A stretch of DNA of 64,000 bases from Octopus vulgaris (taxonomy: Eukaryota): NCBI GenBank assembly GCA_951406725.2, contig OX597831.1, positions 68,448,001 through 68,512,000 on the forward strand, read 5' to 3'. Numbering within the stretch: position 1 is the first letter of the stretch; every line of letters starts with the position of its first letter. Of the stretch, positions 52,700-64,000 are shown piece after piece. The position numbers and the translations under genes were made by a program. Under the pieces are notes generated by a model. That model had not been told where the DNA came from, did no database searches, and was given only the letters and a program-made list of their open reading frames with translations.

Positions 52700-53600
52700 A
52701 CGATCCTTTATCCCCCAAACCGGACATTTTTGTGGAGGTTGGAGCATGTCACAACAGGGGTTGTTTGGTGCACAAACATCTGACCACCATGATCAGACTC
52801 ACTCAGATATGACGTGGCAACACTTGGCAGGTCGGCTACCACTTACCACCAAGCATCAGATGTGGCTCAGGACTTATAGAGAAGACATTTGCTGTTTGCT
52901 GTCTTCGTGTTGTTCTTATGACTGTATATAAGTTACCCTGTAAATGTCAAAAAGAACTGCAGATACTCCAAAGGATAATAGTGACAATGACACACCTGTT
53001 GCGTGCATGAGTGATTAGGAAATTGCTGAAATGGTGTTAAATATGGATAAAAATGAAGACAGTAGTGATGATGACATAGAGAACACTGGTGAAAAACTTC
53101 CTGTAGACCAGTGGTTCCCAAACTATGAGTCGCGACCCATCTGTGGGTCGCGAACGGATTCTTAGTGGGTCGCAAAAAGTTATAAAATCATGCATTAGTA
53201 TTTTTACTCAGTAGAGTTAATGTTTTTACTCAGTAGAGTTAAGTGGGTCATCATAAACTGGTGTGATAAATAGTGGGTCGCGACTCTAAAAAGTTTGGGA
53301 ACCACTGCTGTAAACAATATGGTGAAAATATGTGATCAGTTCATAGCTGGTCTTGATCAACGTGCATTTATCATTGAGCAACAGATTACGGGAGTTTACT
53401 CAATTAAAGAGATATTGCTTAGACAGAAACCTATACTAATGAGACAGCTTACACTTGAAGAAGTCTTCAAAAATACCCTGTCTCTTTGTTGCTACTTTAT
53501 CACTTGAGGATCTCGTTCCTGGCTTATCATAAGTTTGTCTGCAACCTGATGACAATGTTGACGACACTGATGGACCCTGTTCTACAAATTATCTACAACT
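52700..53600 (+). mobile_element. pogo/Tigger deletion derivative (Tigger4/Zombi-like)
   Basis: ATG at 52944 MSKRTADTPKDNSD, followed closely by the C-terminal EIAEMVLN..NTGEKLPVDNMVKICDQFIAGLDQRAFIIEQQITGVYSIKEILLRQKPILMRQLTLEEVF; boundaries approximate; family assignment from memory. Confidence 0.65.
53109..53307. mobile_element. hAT (Charlie-like) MITE
   Basis: Perfect 16-bp TIR CAGTGGTTCCCAAACT; 8-bp TSD CTGTAGAC/CTGTAAAC; internal GTGGGTCGC repeats. Confidence 0.92.
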
Positions 53601-54029
53601 ACATATTTAGCCTAGTTTGAACCAATTTCTGGCTCTAGTAAATAAATAAACTGTAATACCATTTGTAGTCTTTCTTTATTCAAATTAGTGTGAATATTTA
53701 TGCACTTCTCTACAGAAATATTATAGAGTAATATACTGGTAAATGAAATAGTGAAATAATTAAGATCACAAATAACAAAATACATATAGTAGGATAATTT
53801 AAAACAAAAATACACCTGTATATGTGGATCGTGTATTTTTGTTTTAAATTATCCTACTATATGTATTTTGTTATTTGTGATTTTAATTTTAATCATTCAC
53901 TTAAGGATAAAGAAAGCAGAGAAAATCACTGATCTTGTATATCCTTGCAATTTGGGGTGTTCATTAACGATTTACCTTCACCCACTCCCTAAATAATTGG
54001 ATAAATGAAACTTGGCATAATTATTAGTC

Positions 54030-54140
54030 CTTCTCTACATAACCACCACCAAAAGTGACTCACTTCTCCCATTGCTTTATGCAGCTGCGAAGACGAAGTC
54101 AGATGGTGTGAGGTTAGGACAGTAAGGGGGATGAAGAAGG
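54030..54140 (-). mobile_element. Mariner relic
   Basis: HPPYCPNLTPSDF (YSPDLAPSD-like). Confidence 0.45.
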
Positions 54141-57100
54141 ATTTCATAGCTTCAGGAGTGTGCTTTCATATGGGTGGGTTTGCAAATCTTTTTGGTTGCT
54201 GTCAGAGATTGGAAAATTTTCAAATTTGGTATATTGATGTAATTTTGCACACTGGGATTCATTTATTCCAGAAATAAAATTTAGGAAATTTTGCTGAGGT
54301 TCAAAGTTTGATAATCAGGAAATCATAACTGGAAGCTGGCATTTTCTGTGTGATAGCTATCTGTCACAAAATGCTCCTGGTCAAAATTTATGGTGGTGGT
54401 TGCAGTGGGGAAAGTGTCATTGACTTGCATGAATAGAGTTGTTGTTACAATGAAGATGGCTGACAACAGCTTTGCTTGTTACTATGGAAACAGACACAAA
54501 TATGAGATTTATGGGCATGTTGCATAATGGTGGCTTTTGATTGGCTAATATTGCCCAAAATTTATGAACTTTAAAAGCTATTAACTTTTTGTTTATTGAT
54601 TTATGACAAAAATGAATTTCCTTTCCAATACAAAAATAAATCAGTAAACCAATAATTGTAAACAACTGGAATAAAATTGAAAAAAAAAATCAAATCTGTG
54701 ACAGCAACCAAAAAGATCCTAGATGGGTTTATGTTTTGTTGGAACAATTTCTGGAAGTAGATACTTTTCTTACTTCTGCTAACCATCTATCAAGTAGGTG
54801 TGAAACTTGATTTGAGCAGTCAGGGAAGCTGATTAGAGTCAGGACAACTATGTTACTTTCTTACTTATAAAGTGACTATAAAGTCACTAGCCATTATACC
54901 CTGGGGTTATAATGACTGTGAAGTGAAGGTACTGGGCTTAGATATGTTTCAAACATCTGCATTCACCTGAGAACATCTATAAATTCACTGGGCAACATGA
55001 AGCTCAAACTGTAATAAATAGCAAATATATTTCAAATTCATATATTAAAATTACCATTTTGTTTCTTGTTAACAAAATATTCTTTTCATTCTAACTGTAT
55101 AATTTATCATTCTCTCATGAGGTTTGAATTGCTCTGAACAACTACTAGAAATTAATTATTAAGTGCTCATACTTGGCCCTATAAGTTGCACCATTTTCAT
55201 TTTTCTGTTTTTCTCCTTATCACAGAAGCATCCATTCTCTATATTGTTTTATACTTTATATTTTGGATTTGCTTTTACTTATTATAGACTGGTCAGAGGA
55301 GAATGGCAATACTCATGACCATTCTTTAAGGCCTTCATAAACTGATGAAATTGATGTTTAGTTTAAAAACCTGCAGGCTGACTTCTGCATGAAAGCATTG
55401 ATGGGAAGTGATTTCCAGATGGATAAAGGCTTGATGAAAATTATTGTGATAAAAGTATTTAATACAGAATCTGATAGAGAAACAGTAGAATGAAGAGTAA
55501 AAATAATTATTTCTGCTGGGCCTACGTGACATATTGGTGTATGAATCTCTTTGTCAATCATTAAATTGACTTTATTTTAAATACAGTCTAGATTGTTTGA
55601 ATGTGTATCAGCATTACCATCTCAGATGCATGAATAGTACTCCAAGTTGGGTTCATAATACATTAACAAGACCAACTAATTATAGTATAAAGGTGTAATA
55701 AAATTAAAAGCAAAATACCAACTTTTACCTGAGAAACCTCTTTTATTTTAAATGCTCCTAACAGTAAAATTCCTTAAAGGCCATCTATGAAAAAGGAAGA
55801 AAAACTTTAGAATTTTAAGCCACTGCAAACTGAAGGAAAGATATAAAGGTTTACCCACTGGTCATATATTTGTTGCTTGAAATATAAATAACACACTGTA
55901 TACATGAAGAATTTTCAGAAAATCTAAGAGATTTTGCTTTGAGCAGTATTGGTACAGGATATGTAATAAGTGTTCTTCCACACTATAACTAATTGAATAC
56001 AATCGAAGCTTTCCCTATCAAAACAACAACTGACATTGCCAAAAGAAAAGAAAAAATATGTATGTTCTGAAAATAGGTACATTTTGAATCTAAAATAACT
56101 AGAGAATAGTAAATGTGCTGTGTCCATCAGTTTTGAGACTCAAGATATATTAAAAGGAACTGTAAAGAATAAAATTACTTTTAGACCAATTTATTTTATA
56201 CTGAATACAAAAACTCAGAGTAATTGATATAAAGATCTAACATCATAAACAGAATAAGATTTGACATGTTATGTTCTGCACTCAGTTCCTTTGCAAACTG
56301 AGACATTAATTCTTCAATAAAGGAAAAATTTCTGATAATGAAGAAATATGTAACTGTAATAAAGTGTGTTAAGTAACCAATTAAAACCTCATGATCTAGA
56401 ATTATCCACTAGAAAAGATGTAAAAAAGAAATATTACCTCATCAGTGTTGCTATTTTCCATGGGCAACTGTATACAACAGAGCTTCTAAAGGAATTGGAA
56501 TTTTATTCCAAATTCCTTCATACAAACAAAATGGTTTTAGCTATGCTGTCAAGGGAAATCTATGGAACACTTCTGTACTCACCATGTTTACTTTGCAATG
56601 GAAAAATAAGACTTGTCTTTGGATATTCTGATGTTTTTATATATTTTATGTTATACTTTATTAAGTTGGTATCTTGCAAAGGGCCAGTCATGCACTACTA
56701 TAAACAGATATTCCTCAAACTTCTAAAACACTATTGTAAACAGATATGCCCCTAAAACTTCAAAAAGTACACAAAATTTCAGGCACATACACATGCACTG
56801 TAGCGAAGCATACAAAAATAAGAGCATTGGTACAGGTGCAGTAGAAAATAATTCAAATCCAGTAGTTTTACCTCTGATCAGTAATGCAAGGAAACTGTTT
56901 GCTTTACAAAAGAGAAAAGAAAAAAGTGAAATGTATATTGCAATGACCAGTGTCTCATTGCCTGCTGTATAAATAGTGGTACTGGCAAAGAGGGGACTTA
57001 TACACTGAAAGTTGAGAATGCTTCTAAATACTCACAAAAGAACAACTGAACAAAGTCTCAGTCAATGTTTGGAGTGATGCTGTTTCTATCATACAGGCAT

Positions 57101-57681
57101 GAGTATATTGAAGCATGTGCCTGGGTCTCAAACTAAAGATGAGACATGCCATACACTTGCTTACAAGACTGTGCTGCAATATAAGGTGTAGTGGAACATT
57201 CGGTCACAAAGGACAATGAATCAGACATTGACTTTTGGGTCATCATTTCATTTGTCAAATAAGACTAGCAGGTTGTGAGCACTGACGTTAACAAAATAAC
57301 ATGCTATCTGATAAGGTTTACATAGACATACAGACCATGGTGACCACTGGAGACCACTTCAGGGTTGTGCTTCATGATAAGTGCAGAAAGAAGGACCATG
57401 AAACTAAGAGTGTGGAGCAAAATGCCCATCTGTATAACATGTGTTACAGTAAAAGTAACTTGATGGCTTTCTGCCCTTGGAATATGAAAAGACAAAGTAA
57501 AAGGAAAGCAGTAAAAAAACCAACAGAGGTGCACCAACAACAGTAATACAACTCAGTACCACCAGTCAGCTCTAAAGGATTGCAAAATCAATTACCTTGG
57601 ATTCACTGCCTGGACTTGAAAACCAGGGTATGCATCGTAGCTGAACCATCTCAGCATATGCAATGGCGAGAAGTACATGGA

Positions 57682-58142
57682 TGAGCTGGCAGAACCGTTA
57701 GCACACCGGGCGAAATGCTTAGCAGTATTTCGTCTACCGTTACGTTCTGAGTTCAAATTCTGCCGAGGTCGACTTTGCCTTTGTTCCTTTCGGGGTCGAT
57801 AAATTAAGTACCAGTTACACATTGGGGTCGATATAATTGACTTAATCCATTTGTCTGTCCTTGTTTCTCCCCTGTATGTTTAGCCCCTTGTGGGTAATAA
57901 AGAAACAGAATGGCGGCGAGCTGGCAGAACCGTTAGCACGCCAGGCGAAATGCTTAGCTGTATTTCGTCAACTGTTACATTCTGAGTTCAAATTCCGCCA
58001 TGGTTGACTTTGCCTTTCATCCTTTCGGGGTCGATAAATTAAGTACCAGTTACGCACTGGGGTCGATGTAATCAGCTTAATCCGTTTGTCTGTCCTTGTT
58101 TGTCTCCTCTGTGTTTAGCCCCTTGTGGGTAGTAAAGAAATA
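57682..58142 (+). mobile_element. Head-to-tail pair of SINE family B copies (57682-57907, 57912-58142)
   Basis: Two near-complete copies a few bases apart. Confidence 0.9.
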
Positions 58143-58477
58143 GGATATTAGAGAAGGGTGACATGCAGACAAGAAATGAATAAAAAATAGAAACCAGCCC
58201 AAACTGAAGGCACCTGACATATATGGAAAGAAACCCCACCCTTCCTCAAAAGTTCCAGATGTATCTGCTGAATAGTTTGGAGGTGGGGGTTATGTGGTTG
58301 TCAGTTTAAATGAAGATCGGAAATTTTCCTCTGAATGTAAAACTCAGAAATGGAAAATGGTTGAAGTCGAGAAGTACTCTAATTCGACCCAAGTGGGGGA
58401 TTTTCATCTGCCTATGGGTCAGTTGATTGTATTTGAGTTTTAATTGTATTTATCTACTTCTAATTCTACATATATTC

Positions 58478-58866
58478 ATTTACTTGTTTCAGTTATTTGA
58501 CTGCGGCCATGCTGGAGCACTGCCTTTTAGTCGAGCAAATCAACCCCAGTACTTATTCTTTGTAAGCCCAGTACTTATTCTATCGGTCTCTTTTTGCCGA
58601 ACCGCTAGGTGACGGGGACGTAAACACACCAGCATCGGTTGTCAAGCAATGCTAGGGGGACAAACACAGACACACAAACATATACACACACACACATATA
58701 TACATATATACGACGGGCTTCTTTCAGTTTCCGTCTACCAAATCCACTCACAAGGCTTTGGTCGGCCCGAGGCTATAGCAGAAGACACTTGCCCAAGATG
58801 CCTCGCAGGAACCCGGAACCATGTGGTTGGTAAGCAAGTTACTTACCACACAGCCACTCCTGCGCC
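58478..58866 (-). mobile_element. SINE family A, full length
   Basis: Complete head, microsatellite and tail. Confidence 0.9.
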
Positions 58867-59400
58867 TATATTTATTTTTTTTTTTTATTTATTTTGTATG
58901 AAATATTTAGTATGTATTTAAGTGTTGTATAATGCTCTTGCCCCATCTTTTGTTTTTATATAACTTTACTTGTATATTTTCACATATTCTGTAAGCCATA
59001 GTTTTATTGTGGAGCTACCAACAACCCTCGGAATCTGGTTGGTTTCTATATTTCTCATGACATTGGGGCTAAAGTTGTTTACAAGCATATTTTTTTAAAA
59101 TCCAAAGCATAAAACAAAGAGGCATTTCCCCCAGTCAGTAAGTAAGAGGGTGATGAAGGGGAATTATCTTCAAAAGCTTCCTCTTCTGTGAAAATGTCTT
59201 CCCTTCCTTGAAGAGGTGAGAGGCAACAGTAGTTGCAGCAGCAACAATTACAACAACGCAGGAGTGGCTGTGTGGTAAGTAGCTTGCTAACCAACCACAT
59301 GGTTACGGGTTCAGTCCCACTGCGTGGCACCTTGGGCAAGTGTCTTCTGCTATATGCCTTGTGAGTGGATTTGGTAGACGGAAACTGAAAGAAGCCTGTC

Positions 59401-59460
<60 letters not shown>

Positions 59461-59463
<3 letters not shown>

Positions 59464-59921
59464 GAATAAATATACTATTAAATTAGTATCTAATTCTCTC
59501 ACCCTTATTAATTAATTATAATTATGCTGCATTTATTTCTAAATGCTGTATTTGTTTTCCGTGAGAGTTTGGCGCGCTGTTGGTTGGGGCATTTGAATTA
59601 TAACGTCCGATGTAATCAATTGAACCGCACGCGTATTTATCGTTATGGTAAAATCTGGCGTGTGATTGAGTGGATTTCATCCAGATAGTCTTGGCTGAAG
59701 AGCTACAAATGGATTATTGTAAGTAATATTACATTTAATTCATTAATAGCGAAACAATTGTCCCAAAATAATCTGTATTTTTGTTATTTTTTATTTGCCC
59801 TGTCCGTGTGAGCTAGCAGTCGTACCGGCTTTCATGGGAAACATGTATTTTTCGTGGTTGAAACCTTTTGGATTAACTGGTGCTAGAGTGATCAATATAG
59901 TGACCACTCTCTTATATTTAT
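59461..59921 (+). mobile_element. ~460-bp non-coding hammerhead-bearing element (solo Penelope pseudo-LTR or retrozyme-like)
   Basis: Unique sequence that retains CpGs, bounded on both sides by (TA)n, contains a canonical hammerhead. Confidence 0.75.
59691..59766 (+). ncRNA. Canonical minimal type I hammerhead ribozyme
   Basis: UUGG-CUGAAGA-GCUA..AUGGAUUA.UGUAA/UUACA..UAAUUCAU..UAGC-GAAA-CAAUUG-UC-CCAA; all core nucleotides present; GUC triplet, predicted cut after 59762. Confidence 0.85.
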
Positions 59922-60059
59922 TATATATATATATGTATATATATATATGTATATGTATATATATATATGTATATATATGTATATGTATATATATATATGT
60001 ATATATATATATGTATATATATATATATGTATATATATATATGTATATATATATATATG

Positions 60060-60132
<73 letters not shown>

Positions 60133-62642
60133 GTATGTGTGTGTATGTGTTTGTGTGTCTGTGTTTGTCCCCCTAGCATTGCTTGACAACCGATGCTGGT
60201 GTGTTTACGTCCCTGTAACTTAGCAGTTCGGCAAAAGAGACCGATAGAATAAGTACTGGGCTTACAAAGAATAAGTCCCTGGGTCGATTTGCTCGACTAA
60301 AGGCGGTGCTCCAGCATGGCCGTAGTCAAATGACTGAAACAAGTAAAAGTAAAGTAAAGTAAAGTAAGTAACATCGATAACTACAAGAATAATAGCTTCC
60401 ACTACAAATATTGCACATAGCCCTGCCCCCAATATTATCCCCACCAATGTCCCATCCAGTACTACTCTCACTGTAGCAGCTAACATCTATAATACCAGTA
60501 CTTTAATACAACCTCTATTAAAATGAAGATTAACAAACTGATAATAGCAGCTGAGGCATGGTTTGACGAAAGTGGTTGCATGTGGAGTAAATTCTTATAA
60601 ACGTCATGTGTATATGTCAGATTTGTTTGGCAGCAAAACAGGAGAATTTGGTCTTTGTGCAATGAGGAATGGCATTAATGCAGTGAAAGAACAAGCAAGT
60701 GAGATGTTAACGATAATTTTCTATTTAATGCAGAATTTAGGATCTTGGTAAAGGTACCAGCCAAAAAAGTTGGTTTGGAAAAGAAAACACAAGCTCATGC
60801 TATCCAAAACACCTGAATAAATATAGCCCCAAAGCCTCCACATTATGTATTACATCAAAGAAAGGTGGGTAGCAAACATAGTTTTGCTGGAGCATTGATC
60901 AATTTGAAACAAATCAAAAAATTTGATAAAGTTGACAATTGTTCCCAAGCAGCTGTCCTCAAAGCAGTCAATTTTGGCTAATTTAATGTAAAGTGATATC
61001 TGTTCCATAGTCAGTCAAAATGGTCACCTGTTAAAATCATCTCAGTCTGTCTAGAGTATCTTCTTTCATCCCCCCAGCATATACTAACTTTTGGGTCAAC
61101 ACTGCAAAAATATTAAACTTGAAGGACATCCCATTGCAAAGTAGGACACATGAGGCCTGTGCCCACAACATATGTGGACCACAGTAGTGTAATGGTGTTT
61201 GACACTACAGAAGTTAACGTGGTTGATACCATTCTAAAACATTACAAAGCTTTGGATGGAAAAAAGATCAACTAAGAGCAAATCAATGGAGTTGCCATTG
61301 GCACCTGGTGAGACAAGTCCATGCCTCCAGACTTGAGATCTGCTTCATACCAAATTTCAAGTGAATAGGAACTGGGATGAAGGTACAAGTAGATTAACCA
61401 ATCTCACTCAGAAATGGACAGAACAAATGGTATCTCTCAAATGATCAGGAATTGCTGAGTTAAGCAATACATCATGTAAAATTTTATCGTTTCATGAATG
61501 AGATATTGGTAGAGCAATTCTATCAAATTGAAAATCTCTGAAACTCCAACAAACACAATGTACTTGTGACGATTTGTACTGAATAAAATATAAACAGTAG
61601 TCATTGGTTTAGTATTTCTCTCGAAATTGCAGAGAAAGTTCCTGTCATTGTTGGACAATCTAAAATCTGCTCTCAATACCCGATCTTAATTTCTTTGTTG
61701 ATCATCATTTTTTTAACTTACGTAAACTCTGAGACATCAATCTGACTTCAATCTCTGAGAGAAGATGAAATGAATTCAAAGTCTATTCAAGTGATGAATT
61801 GCCAGTTTTGCAAAGCACTTCTGGCAATTTGTGCAGCTGAAATGCCTTCTGTATCATACCAGCACTTAGACACTGGCATCAGCTGCTTCAATGAGTGTAA
61901 GAGTCCCTGGGGCTAATAAATTCCTTGTTACATGACTCAGGTCTTTTGATGAACTGTAGATATCTTGTTTATATTATTTTCAAAAATTCAACATCTAACT
62001 GGCATAAAGGCCATCAGAATAATAAATAATATTCCAGTCTGTTGGCTCTCTCAATGTTGGAAATTTATTGAGTTTAAACTTTGACGATGCTTATTTGCTT
62101 CAAATCAACTGAAATGAGTAACAAAATATTGGGGTATTTTACAGTATTGCTCATTCTATTAACATCAAGTGATATGTCTGGATAAGTTTATGTAGATACC
62201 CACATCACCTGACATGTGAGTCTTTTAATTCAGATTTCTCATCTTTACTTAAATCATTGTTTTCCCTTAGTGACTTTACTTTCTTTATCTCTCTTGGAGA
62301 TATGGTTATGTGTAAATCATGATTATCAGTAATTCCACTCTTTGATTGACTGACATTTCATTCAAAATATTTGAATGATTTCCTTCTTTAAATACCTTTG
62401 CAGTATTGTAATCACATCCTTTTATCCTTTTCAAAATAATTCATTTCCACAAAATATAAAATCCTTCACATGAATAACAAGAATACCCATTTATTTTCTA
62501 CTTGCATTGTGCCCGAGAAATAAAACATTGTCATAAACTCTCACTAACCCTTCCAGTTTGATCAATACTTGAGGGACGTTCTTAAATTATGACCAAGGGG
62601 CACCATTCAGTACATAGAAACATCTCTTCGATTTCCATACCT

Positions 62643-62870
62643 ATTTCTTTATTACCCACAAGGGGCTAAACACAGAGGGGACAAACAATGACAGACATAG
62701 GTATTAAGTCGATTACATCGACCCCAGTGCGTAACTGGTACTTAATTTATCAACCCCGAAAGGATGAAAGGCAAGTCGACCTCGGCGGAATTTGAACTCA
62801 CAACGTAATGCAGACGAAATACCGCTAAGCATTTCGCCCGGCATGCTAACGTTTCTGCCAGCTTGCCGCC
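62643..62870 (-). mobile_element. SINE family B, young copy
   Basis: TSD ATTTCCATACCT at 62631-62642 and 62872-62883. Confidence 0.9.
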
Positions 62871-63491
62871 AATTTCCATACCTGTGACTTTAGCATTCAG
62901 ATTACTCTGTCAAATGTAATGCTTACTTATTCATGTTGTTTTGTATTAATTATGCATTATCTTGTAGCTTTAACATTTTGATGAAATGATTGTTTATTTT
63001 TTTGGATGATATTGTAGGGTAGGTGTAAGAGACCAGATCTGGACAGTTTAAAGATAAAACATGTAGAATTGCCTTATAAAAATGCTGAGTTGAAATCAAA
63101 AGTCTGTACTCACCTATTCATAACTGATGCAGCTAAAATTATTAACCAAATAGCTTCATGCCTAGATGTCGGAAAGTCTGTTTTAAGATCATTTGAGTCT
63201 TTCTTATTATCACATGCAACAAAATTGACTTTCATTATGTTTTAATTATCTTTGTGTTTTGCAATCATTAGCCATCTTGATTATATAGTTTTCTAATCTA
63301 AGACAATGAGCTGGCAGAATCATTAGCATGCTGGGCAAAATGTTTAGTTGTCTTTCATCCAACTTTATGTTCTGGGTTCAAATTCTATCGTTGTGGACTT
63401 TGCCCCTCATCCTTATAGGGGTCAATAAAATAAATATCAGTCAAACATTGGGGGTTGATGTAATCAACCTGCCCCTTCTCCCGAGATTCCC

Positions 63492-63750
63492 GGCCTAATT
63501 TGAGCACCATTTTCATCTAACGAGCTGCTCAAGTAGTAACACTCCATGACAAAAGCATTAATTTGCTTGCTCCATCTACGCCGTGTGTGGTGGTCCCTTT
63601 CTGAATATGGAGAGGCTGGAGCCGGACCAAAATCTCTGAGCCTACCGGGTGTAACACTGTCACCATCATTGACTTCAGTTCCATTACCACCGTTATTCAC
63701 AATATTTTGTCTTTCCATTGTCACTCATATGAGGTAGCGATTATCAGGTT
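63492..63750 (-). mobile_element. R4/Dong-type LINE N-terminal fragment
   Basis: RRRWSKQINAFVMECYYLS resembles the R.KW...N..VM.CYY.S N-terminal motif of R4/Dong ORFs. Confidence 0.6.
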
Positions 63751-63861
63751 GCGCAATTACCAGTGTTTTTATTGTGACACCATGCAGTGGGACCAAACCC
63801 GGAACCATGTGGCTGGTAAGCAAGCTACTTACCACACAGCCACTCCAGTGCCTATAAAAGG

Positions 63862-63913
63862 AAATGCTTACAGCACCTGGGTTTCCCAAGCAGTCACCCA
63901 TCTAAGTACTAAC
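63862..63913 (-). pseudogene. 5S rRNA 3'-half fragment
   Basis: GTTAGTACTTAGATGGGTGACTGCTTGGGAAACCCAGGTGCTGTAAGCATTT matches the 3' ~50 nt of animal 5S rRNA with a few substitutions. Confidence 0.8.
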
Positions 63914-64000
63914 TACTTAGCTGAGGAGAAGGAGGAGGCTCCACCCATTTCCTTTCATTATTATTATTATCATTATTATTATCATCATCATCATCATCAT

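Larger units (their letters stand above)
59257..60367 (+). mobile_element. SINE family A split by an insertion in its internal (TA)n
   Basis: Head at 59257-59401, tail at about 60140-60367 with (GTAAA)n. Confidence 0.9.

Noticed and set aside
61437-62450. Possible host exon(s) on the minus strand
   Set aside because: A donor-like GTAAGT is present near 61720, but there are stops in all frames upstream and no recognisable homology

Overview
AT-rich, repeat-saturated eukaryotic DNA, very likely an intronic or intergenic stretch of an octopus (coleoid cephalopod) genome, judged from the SINE families and the dense (TA)n/(TG)n/(CA)n microsatellites. No intact host gene is recognisable, and nearly all long ORFs in the track are microsatellite artefacts. 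The window holds several tRNA-derived SINE families, at least four decayed Penelope-like retroelements (RT and/or GIY-YIG) plus isolated pseudo-LTR-like pieces, several mariner relics, a pogo/Tigger derivative, two MITEs, LINE fragments (Jockey/CR1-like, RTE, R4/Dong), a 5S rRNA fragment and a 16/18-bp minisatellite. The strongest hidden signal is a set of about 7-8 minimal type I hammerhead ribozyme motifs, read by eye. One (59691-59766) is fully canonical and lies in a ~460-bp non-coding element inserted in the (TA)n tract inside a SINE. Another (635-720) has a variant CCGAAGA core and an inverted twin. The best-preserved motifs have different palindromic stem III sequences. All family names come from motif recognition, not database searches.
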